Made by a program: the position numbers and the translations under genes. The notes under the pieces are model-generated. The model made no database searches. It was not told where the DNA came from and saw nothing but the letters and a program-made list of their open reading frames with translations. From an uncultured Candidatus Saccharibacteria bacterium (GTDB lineage: Bacteria; Patescibacteriota; Minisyncoccia; Phycocordibacterales; UBA9973), in NCBI GenBank assembly GCA_964532495.1, contig CAZHJZ010000001.1, positions 108,890 through 172,889 of the forward strand: 64,000 bases of DNA, written 5' to 3'. This document shows positions 1 through 9,102 of this stretch, piece by piece. Position 1 is the first letter of the stretch. Each line of letters opens with the position of its first letter.

Positions 1-1504
1 TAGCGATAAGCGTTACCGCACTTTCATAGTTATTGTTTTTAGTTGCTATCTGCGAGCGCGAGTATAGAACGAGTGAAGCAAATTTTTCTGCGCCGGTAAA
101 CAAAACAAACACTGAACCAAGGAGGAACAACACCAGGAGCATAATAGCAAAGAAGCTATGCCGAGGATCCTTCAAAAAATGAATCTGACGATTTGGAATG
201 CGGCCGCTTGTATTTAAGATGCCAAAGAATGCTCCAGATGACGCAAACGCCACCGCCAAAGCAACAACGCCAGGATTATAGAGAAATGCGATAATCCATG
301 AGAATATTGCAATCACAAACGAAGAAACGAGATATGCATGTGTCCTGCGATCTGAACTGCCCTTCAAAACTTGAAATGCTCCGCCAAGAATGAATAAGAG
401 GAGGAAAGCTATCAGTGCGAGGCCTCCAATGATACCTGTTGTAACAAGTACGGTAGGAATAAAGCCAGATCCGGCTGGGAATGAAACGTTCCAGAATCCA
501 GACTGGATGATGGATGAAGGCTGATATAGAAACCATGCATTTGAAAATCGCTCAGGTCCAACACCAACTATTGGATGATGGAGCATTGTCTGACCGAGAA
601 CGTGGCCAGTGGCAATGATGGATGGTCTGACTTCTGTCTGTGCGACCCCAAAGGTTTGGCCGACAAATGTTCCGATAATTGGATTCGCAAGGAAAAAGAA
701 AAGCGAAAGAACCAAGATAATAAATGGTGCAGTTGGAAACCGATAGCCAAGCTCTTCGTTTCCCGCACGAAACACGAGCAATGAATACACAAACACCACA
801 AGCGCGACAAACCCAATAACCGCCCAGAGCATGGTGAAGTTAATGATAGCAAGGAATAAGAATGAAAAAATGCCAAGTACGAGCGCTATGATTTTTGAAC
901 GTCGAGCAAGCGGGAAAAATTGAAATGCAACCATGACACCCAGTACAACAACTGCGTACCATAGAGCAAGGTCGTTCCACTTTCCAACTACATTAGAAAC
1001 AGAAGTATAGAATGTACCGACAGATAACAACCCTGGTCCAGCCAGCAAGTATGCTAACTGGAAGACAGTAATGACAGCAGTGACAATTGCCGCAACTTTC
1101 ACCAACAGTGTGATTTTTTGCTCGCTATTGATATAGAAAACTGAACCGGCAAAAATCAGAACAAGTATCGTTATTCCAACAACAGTGCCGCTTCCTAGGA
1201 ATAATCCGCTCAATGAAACTTTCCATGCTGGTGAAAAAAAGGCGGAGATCAAGAAAGCCACCGGCAGAAAAAGCCCGGCGAGCAATACGGGAGTTTTTGG
1301 AATCGTCAGCACGCCCTGCACGAGACGAGCAATGATCCAGGTCACAAAGACTATCAAAACGCCGAGCGCAATGAAGTATGACTTGCCTACCAATACCCCG
1401 AATCCAAGATACGGAATAAAAAAGAGCGGGCTTAAGCCAAGTACTGCGATAAGGAGAGTGGACGCGATGGTATCAAAAAAAACTGCTTTTGGTGATTCGT
1501 GCAT
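1..1504 (-). CDS. polytopic integral membrane protein, possible O-antigen ligase/Wzy-like; N-terminus at 1504, C-terminus runs off the window start
   Basis: Manual minus-strand translation from ATG (plus cat 1502-1504) gives an uninterrupted ORF MHESPKAVFFDTIASTLLIAVLGL... to position 1. It has more than 10 hydrophobic segments. A loop motif HHPIVGVGPERF resembles the GxGxGxF loop of Wzy_C ligases. Absent from the ORF track because it has no stop in the window. Confidence 0.6.
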   Translation of the reverse strand, partial: MHESPKAVFFDTIASTLLIAVLGLSPLFFIPYLGFGVLVGKSYFIALGVLIVFVTWIIARLVQGVLTIPKTPVLLAGLFLPVAFLISAFFSPAWKVSLSGLFLGSGTVVGITILVLIFAGSVFYINSEQKITLLVKVAAIVTAVITVFQLAYLLAGPGLLSVGTFYTSVSNVVGKWNDLALWYAVVVLGVMVAFQFFPLARRSKIIALVLGIFSFLFLAIINFTMLWAVIGFVALVVFVYSLLVFRAGNEELGYRFPTAPFIILVLSLFFFLANPIIGTFVGQTFGVAQTEVRPSIIATGHVLGQTMLHHPIVGVGPERFSNAWFLYQPSSIIQSGFWNVSFPAGSGFIPTVLVTTGIIGGLALIAFLLLFILGGAFQVLKGSSDRRTHAYLVSSFVIAIFSWIIAFLYNPGVVALAVAFASSGAFFGILNTSGRIPNRQIHFLKDPRHSFFAIMLLVLFLLGSVFVLFTGAEKFASLVLYSRSQIATKNNNYESAVTLIA

Positions 1505-1566
1505 AAAATTAAATAGGATAAATTACATGGATACACCGTAAGTATAACTTAAAATGCAAGGGGCTG

Positions 1567-4500
1567 CTATATTACGATGTTAATAAGACGTCCTGGAACA
1601 TAGACAACTCGTCGGATTTCTTTTCCTTCAGTCCAAGACACGATAACGGAGTCTTTGAGAGCCAGAGCTTTTACCTCTTCTTCGGGCATTTCCTTAGGAA
1701 TAGTGAGTTCTGCGCGAATCTTCCCATTAATCTGAACAACGATCTTCACTGTATCGCTTACTAGTTTCTTTGGGTCAAATTTTGGCCAGCCAGAAATATG
1801 AATGCTCTTTTTTTCTCCAAGTTCATGCCAGAGATCTTCGGTAACATGGGACGCAAACGGCGCGAGGATCTGCAAAAACATTTTAAAATCCTTTGCAGAA
1901 ATAGCTTCGGATTTTTCCATTTCATTAACACAAATCATCATTGCTGAAATCGCGGTATTGAAATTGAACCCCGCGATATCATCGCCGACTTTCTTAATAG
2001 TTTTGTGCAATACTTTTTCCGCCTCAGGAGATGTCTTCCCTTTTTCCGAAACCTTGAATTGCAAACGCCACACTTTTTCAATAAATCTGCGTGAGCCAAT
2101 GATGCCCTCCGTGCTCCATGGCAAATGCGAATCAAACGGACCGAGGAACATTTCAAAGACACGAAGAGAGTCTGCTCCGTACGTTTTGATTACATCGTCA
2201 GGATTTACAACATTCCCCCATCGCTTGGACATTTTTCGTCCATCTGCTCCGCCAATCATTCCTTGGTTGCGAAGAGCTTTGAATGGCTCAGCTGAAGGCA
2301 CGTATCCCATATCAAACAAGAACTTATGCCAGAAACGAGAATACAGCAAATGTCCTGTCGCATGCTCAGCGCCTCCCACGTACATATCGACGCCGCCATC
2401 TTTTTTACCAAACCAATATGAAAGTGATTTTTTTGAAGCAAACGCAGATTTGTTGAGAGGGTCTGCGTAACGCAAGAAATACCATGATGAACCGGCCCAG
2501 CCTGGCATTGTGTTTGTTTCATATCCCTCTTTTACCCAAGCCTTTACTCCAGCAAGCGGACTCTCGCCGTTTCCAGACGGTTCATATGAAGTGACATTTG
2601 GAAGCTTGAGCGGAAGTTCCTTTTCTTTGAGCGGAACAATCTGGCCGATTTTTGCGTCCAACTTAAGAGGAATAGGTTCGCCCCAGTATCGCTGGCGCGC
2701 AAAGATAGCGTCACGCATCTTGAATTTCGTAACCAATTTCCCGCCAACAGCTTCGGTGATCTGTACGCGAGCTTCTAGAGAATCCAATCCGCTGAATGTT
2801 CCAGAATCAATCAGCATGCCGTCGTCAGTGAAAATATAATCAGGATTTTTAATGAGATCAAGAGCGCGAGTGCCTTCGATGACAGTGAAGTAATTCTTTT
2901 CAAGTTCCGGCAATGTTTTCCAGACAACACTATGGATCGCTGCTTCTTTTTCATCTATAGGATCGCGAGACTCATCAACAAGATCAAACATCAAGAAACA
3001 AAATCGCGCATGGCGGTTCTGCTTTTTGATACGATGATAGAAGAAACTATTAAGTACGATATTAGGATTTTTGACGAGCTTAAGATTTTTATAGCCAGTC
3101 TCTTCTTGGATTTCCCGCTTTGCGGCCTCAACAAGATCCTCGCCATCTTCAACACCTCCGGTAACTAATCCATGCATAACAAAATCCTTCCAATCAGTCG
3201 TGAGGTAGGTATTGTCTTTGGGATTTCGAATGATAGCTGCAGCAGCTGTTCGCTTAATGAATGGTTCCTTTGCTCTAATGCCATCTTCTCCGCCACGGTC
3301 TTCCCAGAATTTTTCTTCAACGACTGTCTTTATCGGCAGATTGTATTTCTTTGCGAATGCATAGTCTCGCTCATCATGCGCTGGCACAGCCATCACAGCT
3401 CCTGTTCCATATCCTGCGAGCACATAGTCAGCAACCCACACAGGAACCTGTTCTCCGTTTGCAGGATTGATTGCATGAACTCCGAGCAATCTAACGCCTG
3501 TTTTTTCCTTGTCAGCATTTGTTCGCTCTTCGGGAGTTTTCTTTTTTACATCTTCGATATATTTTTCAACTTCTTTCCAGTTCAAGACATGAGGCTGGAG
3601 CTTTGAAACAACATCGCTCTCTGGAGCAATGCTGATATAGGTCACGCCAAACAATGTATCTGCGCGAGTGGTAAATACATCAACCGATTCGGAAAGTTTT
3701 ATCCATGGTAGTACTTCGTTTTTCAAACATGACATAAAGACGTTGTAGCGTTCAGCCACTGTCTGGTTGCCTTTGCACACGCCTGTTTCAGCATCTACCA
3801 ACAAACATTCTGTTGGGTATCCCTGCCAAAAACTTCCTTTAATTCGCTTTGATTGGAATTTGTATTCTCGCTGAGCAGAGGAAGTTGTCTTCGTTCCGTT
3901 TTCATCGGTATATGAAAGTCCAAAAATAAATCGTGCTTTTGAGTCACCGACTTTTTTGAGCCACTTTTGAAAAAACGCGATCACATCTTCATCGCTTGTC
4001 TTGTCGTTTCCGTTGCCGGCTTCTTTGCGCATATGTATGACGATCTGATTGTCCTTCGGCCACTTCTCAACCCAAAACACATTGTCAGTGGAAAGCGTCG
4101 GAATGCCGGTTTTCTTGAAATAGAATTCCGACTTCATTTTTGCATTTTCCAAGAAGTCTTGGCCTTCCACTAAGCTTGAGTCATCAACAGGCGGAATATC
4201 ATTCAAACTGATGAGTTCAATACCAGAATCTTTCGGGAAGCATTCTCGGAGCATTTTTACTTTTGCCTCATTTCGAGTACCGACAAGAACCTGCTTCGGA
4301 TGATTTTTTTCCGCCTTGATCTGGAATGGAATAAGCGAGCCTTCGCTTCGTCCAATCCAGTTGCGCTGAATTTCTTTGAGGTGCTCGCTCCAATCAAGCC
4401 CATCTAAATCTTGCAGCAATCGTTCTGCGTACGCAGTAATACGCATGAACCACTGGCGCATGCTTTTCTTCACAACTGGGTATCCGCCACGTTCTGAAAC

Positions 4501-5220
4501 TGGTCCGTTTGGTCCATCAACAATTTCATCGTTTGCAAGAACCGTGCCCATTTCTGGGCACCAATTCACTTCGCTGTACCCTTCGTAGCTCAAGCGATAC
4601 TGCATCAGGATGTTTTCTTTCTGAAGCTTTGAAAAACCTTTCCATTCCTTTGCTGAAAAAACTGATGTCATTTTCGCATCGCAGGCAGCATCAACGCCAG
4701 CATTTCCTTTTTTCTCAAAAATAGAAACGAGCTCAGAAATCGGTCGAGCTTTTTGTTTTGTGTTGTCATACCACGCATTGTAAATCTGAAGGAATATCCA
4801 CTGCGTCCATTTGTAGTATTCAGGATCTGTCGTATTTACTTTGCGAGACCAATCATATGAAAGGCCAATGATAGACATCTGCTTTTCAAACGTCTTCACA
4901 TTTTCATCAACTGCTTTTCGTGGATGCACTTTGTGCTGGATTGCATACTGCTCAGCTGGAAGTCCGAATGCGTCGTATCCCATTGGATGCAGCACATTGA
5001 AACCCTGCATACGCTTCATTCGAGCATAGACGTCAGAACCAATGTAGCCGCGAGGATGGCCGACGTGAAGTCCCGCTCCTGAGGGATACGGAAACATGTC
5101 CAAGACATACATCTTTTTCTTTTTAGAATTCGCCTCAGTCTTGTAGGTCTTGTCGGCCTGCCATTTCTGCTGCCAATGCTTTTCTATCGACGAGTGATCA
5201 TATGCCTTGGGTTTCTTCAT
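1567..5220 (-). CDS. leuS: leucyl-tRNA synthetase, unusually long (1217 aa), with two inserted pyrophosphohydrolase-type domains
   Basis: Class I HIGH motif (HVGHPRGY) and KMSKS (GRKMSKRWGNV). Editing-domain motifs TTRADTLFGV and GTGAVMAVPAHDERDY. Colinear with E. coli LeuRS apart from roughly 200-aa and 160-aa insertions (see findings). Confidence 0.95.
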   Translation of the reverse strand: MKKPKAYDHSSIEKHWQQKWQADKTYKTEANSKKKKMYVLDMFPYPSGAGLHVGHPRGYIGSDVYARMKRMQGFNVLHPMGYDAFGLPAEQYAIQHKVHPRKAVDENVKTFEKQMSIIGLSYDWSRKVNTTDPEYYKWTQWIFLQIYNAWYDNTKQKARPISELVSIFEKKGNAGVDAACDAKMTSVFSAKEWKGFSKLQKENILMQYRLSYEGYSEVNWCPEMGTVLANDEIVDGPNGPVSERGGYPVVKKSMRQWFMRITAYAERLLQDLDGLDWSEHLKEIQRNWIGRSEGSLIPFQIKAEKNHPKQVLVGTRNEAKVKMLRECFPKDSGIELISLNDIPPVDDSSLVEGQDFLENAKMKSEFYFKKTGIPTLSTDNVFWVEKWPKDNQIVIHMRKEAGNGNDKTSDEDVIAFFQKWLKKVGDSKARFIFGLSYTDENGTKTTSSAQREYKFQSKRIKGSFWQGYPTECLLVDAETGVCKGNQTVAERYNVFMSCLKNEVLPWIKLSESVDVFTTRADTLFGVTYISIAPESDVVSKLQPHVLNWKEVEKYIEDVKKKTPEERTNADKEKTGVRLLGVHAINPANGEQVPVWVADYVLAGYGTGAVMAVPAHDERDYAFAKKYNLPIKTVVEEKFWEDRGGEDGIRAKEPFIKRTAAAAIIRNPKDNTYLTTDWKDFVMHGLVTGGVEDGEDLVEAAKREIQEETGYKNLKLVKNPNIVLNSFFYHRIKKQNRHARFCFLMFDLVDESRDPIDEKEAAIHSVVWKTLPELEKNYFTVIEGTRALDLIKNPDYIFTDDGMLIDSGTFSGLDSLEARVQITEAVGGKLVTKFKMRDAIFARQRYWGEPIPLKLDAKIGQIVPLKEKELPLKLPNVTSYEPSGNGESPLAGVKAWVKEGYETNTMPGWAGSSWYFLRYADPLNKSAFASKKSLSYWFGKKDGGVDMYVGGAEHATGHLLYSRFWHKFLFDMGYVPSAEPFKALRNQGMIGGADGRKMSKRWGNVVNPDDVIKTYGADSLRVFEMFLGPFDSHLPWSTEGIIGSRRFIEKVWRLQFKVSEKGKTSPEAEKVLHKTIKKVGDDIAGFNFNTAISAMMICVNEMEKSEAISAKDFKMFLQILAPFASHVTEDLWHELGEKKSIHISGWPKFDPKKLVSDTVKIVVQINGKIRAELTIPKEMPEEEVKALALKDSVIVSWTEGKEIRRVVYVPGRLINIVI

Positions 5221-5263
5221 ATATAGGTCAAAGTATACAGGATTTATAAGGTTTTTCTATATA

Positions 5264-5292
5264 TTGACTATACATAGTATATATGGTATAAT
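5264..5292 (+). promoter_or_regulatory. consensus sigma70-type promoter (TTGACT, 17-nt spacer, TATAAT) upstream of the 5373 gene
   Basis: ttgact at 5264-5269, 17-nt spacer, tataat at 5287-5292. Lies inside the 5210-5296 copy of a duplicated promoter module. Confidence 0.6.
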
Positions 5293-5372
5293 ACTATCAA
5301 GAATCAGTACTGAGATTTCAGAAACGTTCGAGACCGAAACTAAATTTAAAACACCTTTAAAATCACAAAATT

Positions 5373-5798
5373 ATGAAATTCATTCTTACCGCCATTGTAC
5401 TTTTTGTAAATGCTTCACTTTTTGCCCAGTACACAACTTCTTATGAAGGTACTGAAAAGATGATGTATCGCGAAAGCTACTTAACTTTCTACAACAAGTA
5501 CATAACACCGGAAACTAAAACAACGCTTACATTTAAAGGAGCAACCAGCACTGAAAGCCGCGACAAAGTTCAGTCCACAATCGGAACAATGACGCCAGTT
5601 AACATGCTTATGCGCGTCATGGCAAATGTTAGTAAAGATTTTGGCAACTTCAGGTTCATAAGCAAGACGATGCCGAATTTGTTTCTATCAACCGATGGTG
5701 CCATGGTTGTGAAATACGACACTAACTTCAATGCCTGGATGGTATTCCCTGCTACTGGTAAATACTACTGTGAAAACGGATGCATGATATTCAAGTAA
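5373..5798 (+). CDS. small secreted hypothetical protein (141 aa) with signal peptide
   Basis: N-terminal MKFILTAIVLFVNASLFAQ signal-like segment. ATG start. Followed by an intrinsic terminator. Confidence 0.55.
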   Translation: MKFILTAIVLFVNASLFAQYTTSYEGTEKMMYRESYLTFYNKYITPETKTTLTFKGATSTESRDKVQSTIGTMTPVNMLMRVMANVSKDFGNFRFISKTMPNLFLSTDGAMVVKYDTNFNAWMVFPATGKYYCENGCMIFK

Positions 5799-5818
5799 TA
5801 TAGCTATAGAAAAAATAC

Positions 5819-5857
5819 AAACAGCCCGAAATACTATATTTCAGGCTGTTTTTTTAT
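5819..5857 (+). terminator. rho-independent terminator
   Basis: Hairpin acagcc...ggctgt (5821-5849) followed by a T7 run. Confidence 0.7.
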
Positions 5858-5927
5858 TTATTTTCTCAATAATAGGTTTCTTCATATATAGATTAATGAA
5901 TAGAGAATTTATAAAGTTTTGTATGTA

Positions 5928-5956
5928 TTGACCACATGGTTAATACGTGATATAAT
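5928..5956 (+). promoter_or_regulatory. consensus sigma70-type promoter (TTGACC, 17-nt spacer, TATAAT) upstream of the 6026 gene
   Basis: ttgacc at 5928-5933, 17-nt spacer, tataat at 5951-5956. Second copy of the duplicated module (5875-5960). Confidence 0.6.
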
Positions 5957-6025
5957 GCTAACAAGTTTCAATTCTGAAATCCGGGCCGCAGACACCCTTC
6001 TAGAAAGCAACCTTAAAAACAAAAA

Positions 6026-6661
6026 ATGAAACAATCGACCGAATCAATTTTAGCCCTATTGATTAAATCAATACGCCGGGCATTAGGAACATTCTTTGCT
6101 GTATTTGCTTTTTGCTGGTTTGTATTACCAGCAATTAAGGCAGCTCCTACAACTGCTGCATACTATAAGTATGCAATACATCACTCAGAGCTATATGCGT
6201 ACACTGCATTGAATGCGGCAATCTTAGTATTTTTAACAAGCCTTTGTTTTGGACTACACTTTACAAGGTTTGAAATTAACCATGATGGCGACCGTCACTC
6301 ATTTAGCATGATAGGGAGCGTATTTGCTTGGTTAATTTCGATTGTATGTGGAATGTGCTTGGGCGCGGCTATAACTGGAATATATTATCTGCCAGATTTC
6401 AACTTTGACGAAACCGCGTATTTAGTTGGCGGAATTGGAATAGTAATAGGTATATTTGGCAGAACGCCGGCCTTAATATATTTTATTGCAATGGGAGGTA
6501 CGGTAAGCATGCTTACATGCTCTGACCCAGCGCAAACAGGAATTTATTTCGGTTCAGCTGGTGCTGCAGCTTTGATTGGGTTTATTATAAACAGGCTTGG
6601 ATACTTATTTTTTGTATACCGCTTCCCTGTTGAAAAGAATTCAATCCCCACTAAAGCTTAG
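6026..6661 (+). CDS. hypothetical integral membrane protein (211 aa)
   Basis: ORF with several hydrophobic helices. ATG start, own promoter and terminator. Confidence 0.55.
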   Translation: MKQSTESILALLIKSIRRALGTFFAVFAFCWFVLPAIKAAPTTAAYYKYAIHHSELYAYTALNAAILVFLTSLCFGLHFTRFEINHDGDRHSFSMIGSVFAWLISIVCGMCLGAAITGIYYLPDFNFDETAYLVGGIGIVIGIFGRTPALIYFIAMGGTVSMLTCSDPAQTGIYFGSAGAAALIGFIINRLGYLFFVYRFPVEKNSIPTKA

Positions 6662-6710
6662 GGAGACTACAAACCAATCCTCACATTAGAACTAGCATCA
6701 AAAAAAACAA

Positions 6711-6746
6711 ACGCCCCCGAATATTCTTCGCGGGGCATTTTTATTT
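6711..6746. terminator. bidirectional intrinsic terminator between convergent genes
   Basis: GC stem gccccc...gcggggc flanked by an A-run (plus side) and a T-run. Confidence 0.6.
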
Positions 6747-6756
6747 TGCGGAGTTG

Positions 6757-7335
6757 TTAGTCTTTTATCTTTCGAATACCTATCCACACTAGTGCTGCCA
6801 ACGCGCAGGCTAGAACCACAACACGGAGAACATCTTGCATATTGCTCCAGTAGCGCATTGCGCCAATGATGAGCGAAATCACTCCGCCGAGTGAAAATCC
6901 AAGCGAGACTACGCTTGAATAGTTTGTCATGTATGTTCCAAACACAAGCGAGAGGATACCGAGAATGACGAGGACGATGAATACATTTCTGTTATACACG
7001 CTTTCTGCAGAAACATATCCTTGATTGCACGTGTATGTGGCGTTACAGTAACCGGCAACTTTGACTGGATTGTCTACGCGGCTTTCGTCGGGCGTAACTG
7101 GGTATGTGTTCTCAGTCCATTGGCCTCCCGCTTCAGTACACATGATCTTGTCGGTGTATGTCTTTGATGTTAATTCTATTGGGCAGAATTTTTCAAATGT
7201 TGGCTGCTTGTACACCAACGAAATTGCATAGTTAAAGAAGAGGTTGAGCACGACAACGATAGCGGCGATCAATGCCCACTTCACGACGCGGGCTGTTTTT
7301 GCATTATGCGTATTTGGAGTTTGTTGTTCATTCAT
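6757..7335 (-). CDS. hypothetical membrane protein with Cys-containing extracytoplasmic domain (192 aa)
   Basis: N-terminal TM (WALIAAIVVVLNLFF), 8 Cys in the middle domain, two C-terminal TM helices. Confidence 0.5.
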   Translation of the reverse strand: MNEQQTPNTHNAKTARVVKWALIAAIVVVLNLFFNYAISLVYKQPTFEKFCPIELTSKTYTDKIMCTEAGGQWTENTYPVTPDESRVDNPVKVAGYCNATYTCNQGYVSAESVYNRNVFIVLVILGILSLVFGTYMTNYSSVVSLGFSLGGVISLIIGAMRYWSNMQDVLRVVVLACALAALVWIGIRKIKD

Positions 7336-7397
7336 ATAAAATAAGGTGTGTTAGTGATATATTCTCATCATACACCACGCACTAGTGAGACTCAACC

Positions 7398-7910
7398 ATG
7401 AATCCAGATCCCCTCAAACAACTTTCACCGCTTGAACGATTTTCGATCCGCGCAACACGCTGGGTCGGATCGATCCAGTCACTTGTCGTTCACACGATAC
7501 TATTCCTCGTTGCTTTCATATTGATGATTTTCGGCATCAGTTTCGACAAGATACTGCTCGTCCTTACAACAATTGTTTCGCTTGAAGCAATCTATCTTTC
7601 CATTTTTATCCAAATGTCAGTGAATCGCCAAGGCCGCAGGCTGCACGCAGTGTCAAAAGACATTGATGAGATTCAAGAAGATATCGACGAGATCCAGGAA
7701 GACGTTGAAAAAATTGAAAAAGATGTCGATGAAATCCAAGAGGACGTCGAAGAAATTCAAGAAGATGTCGAGGAAATCGGAGAAGATGTTGAAGACATTA
7801 CCGAAGATGACCAAGACGACGATGCGCGCTATGGCCGCATAGAAAAAAACCTGGAGGCCCTCATTCAGGAAATCGGCAGCCTCAAGAAACCGGCAGACAA
7901 AAAGAAATAG
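7398..7910 (+). CDS. DUF1003-like two-TM membrane protein with acidic heptad-repeat tail
   Basis: Segment LVVHTILFLVAFILMIFGI...LEAIYLSIFIQMSVNRQ matches my memory of DUF1003 (LSLEA...MSQNRQ). The C-terminus has seven 7-aa repeats, DIDEIQE-like. Confidence 0.55.
   Translation: MNPDPLKQLSPLERFSIRATRWVGSIQSLVVHTILFLVAFILMIFGISFDKILLVLTTIVSLEAIYLSIFIQMSVNRQGRRLHAVSKDIDEIQEDIDEIQEDVEKIEKDVDEIQEDVEEIQEDVEEIGEDVEDITEDDQDDDARYGRIEKNLEALIQEIGSLKKPADKKK
7659..7805 (+). repeat. 21-bp tandem repeat (7 copies) encoding acidic heptads D[IV][DE]EIQE
   Basis: Units gacattgatgagattcaagaa, gatatcgacgagatccaggaa, and so on, read directly in the sequence. Confidence 0.8.
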
Positions 7911-7958
7911 CATCCGCGGTAAGGCGAGATGCTATTTTAATTTTATAAAGCGAGGTTG

Positions 7959-8471
7959 CTAATTTTCTGATTGAATTTGATTAGCGTGATTAATGTGCAG
8001 GAATGGGCTGCCATATGGGTTATACGGAACAGTCTCCGAAGTTGCAGTAGCATCCCGATGGAAAGTTTTTACTTTCGTACCGTCGGATTGTATTACAGTC
8101 TCTACACCTGTTTCTTCAAAATGCGAGGTGCGGATTACCTGTACTATTTCCGGGGCTTTATTTTTTACAAAGTAAGGTCTTGCTGCCTGTGAAGCAGATT
8201 TCAATCCTAAGTAAATAACAAAGCTTATAATGCACAAAACAATTCCCCATCCGCAAAGCAACTTAAGCGTTTCGGGGTCGGTGTTGAGGTATGCTTGTGG
8301 CGGAAATAAAAAGAGGTATATCAAATACATACAAATACAGTGGACAATACCGACGACACGTACAGATACTTCTGCATACCACTCAAGGAATGCGAATATA
8401 CTATTTTTAAAAGTCGAAAAGAAAAGTTTGAAAGTAGGCAAAAAAGACCGGGAGGTAGGATTTTCTTTCAT
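7959..8471 (-). CDS. hypothetical membrane protein (170 aa)
   Basis: ORF with two hydrophobic helices. No recognisable family. Confidence 0.4.
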   Translation of the reverse strand: MKENPTSRSFLPTFKLFFSTFKNSIFAFLEWYAEVSVRVVGIVHCICMYLIYLFLFPPQAYLNTDPETLKLLCGWGIVLCIISFVIYLGLKSASQAARPYFVKNKAPEIVQVIRTSHFEETGVETVIQSDGTKVKTFHRDATATSETVPYNPYGSPFLHINHANQIQSEN

Positions 8472-8522
8472 GAGCGAAATTTGAGGTTTTAAAATATTTC
8501 TCTAATTGAACCACCGGCAGTT

Positions 8523-9098
8523 TTAAAAGTCAAACCAGGAAACCTTTATTTTCTTGGCTCCTTGGCGAAGTATGACGGGGATTTCTCCCGTAAGATCCAC
8601 AATAGACGACGGCTTTCCCTTTTTGCGCGTACCAGAAATATAGAAATCCATCTGGTCGCAAAAATAATCTTGGGCTTCTGCGACCGTAGTTGCAGGAGTT
8701 TTCCCTTGTGGATTTGCAGAAGGCGCCACAAGCGGTCCCGTCTTTTTCAGCAACGTATGGAGAAATGCATCATGCGGAAGACGGAATGCCAGGGATTTAT
8801 TTCCACGATGAAGATACGCAAATGATTTTTGCGGACACGGAAGTATCACTGACACTGGTCCAGGCCACACCGTTTGTAAAAACTTTTTTTGCGATGCAGT
8901 AAGAGTGATGCTGAATTTCTTGAGTTCAGCGAGTGAGGAAATAAGAATAATGAACGGCTTATGATCGTCTCTTCCCTTCACCTCATAAATACGATCAACC
9001 GCTCGCTTTGAAAAAGCGCTGGCAACGATGCCATACAAGGTGTCAGTCGGAAGGACGCCTACGGCGTCCTTCCGCAAAAGCGAAACAATCTCCTCCAT
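8523..9098 (-). CDS. tsaC: L-threonylcarbamoyladenylate synthase, YrdC/Sua5 family
   Basis: Motifs VLPTDTLYGI, KGRDDHKPF, WPGPVS and PSANPQGK are typical of the YrdC domain. Confidence 0.8.
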   Translation of the reverse strand: MEEIVSLLRKDAVGVLPTDTLYGIVASAFSKRAVDRIYEVKGRDDHKPFIILISSLAELKKFSITLTASQKKFLQTVWPGPVSVILPCPQKSFAYLHRGNKSLAFRLPHDAFLHTLLKKTGPLVAPSANPQGKTPATTVAEAQDYFCDQMDFYISGTRKKGKPSSIVDLTGEIPVILRQGAKKIKVSWFDF

Positions 9099-9102
9099 AC
9101 TC

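Noticed and set aside
1185-1541. Plus-strand 118-aa ORF, plus minus-strand ORFs at 276-536 and 568-876
   Set aside because: All overlap the long hydrophobic minus-strand membrane-protein frame that runs from 1504 to the window edge. The alternatives lack hydrophobic periodicity and a sensible start context.
7659-7805. Possible CRISPR array or other spacer-repeat structure
   Set aside because: The only tandem repeats (21-bp units here, 6-bp units at 63245-63300) are in-frame coding microsatellites with no spacers. No cas genes are present.
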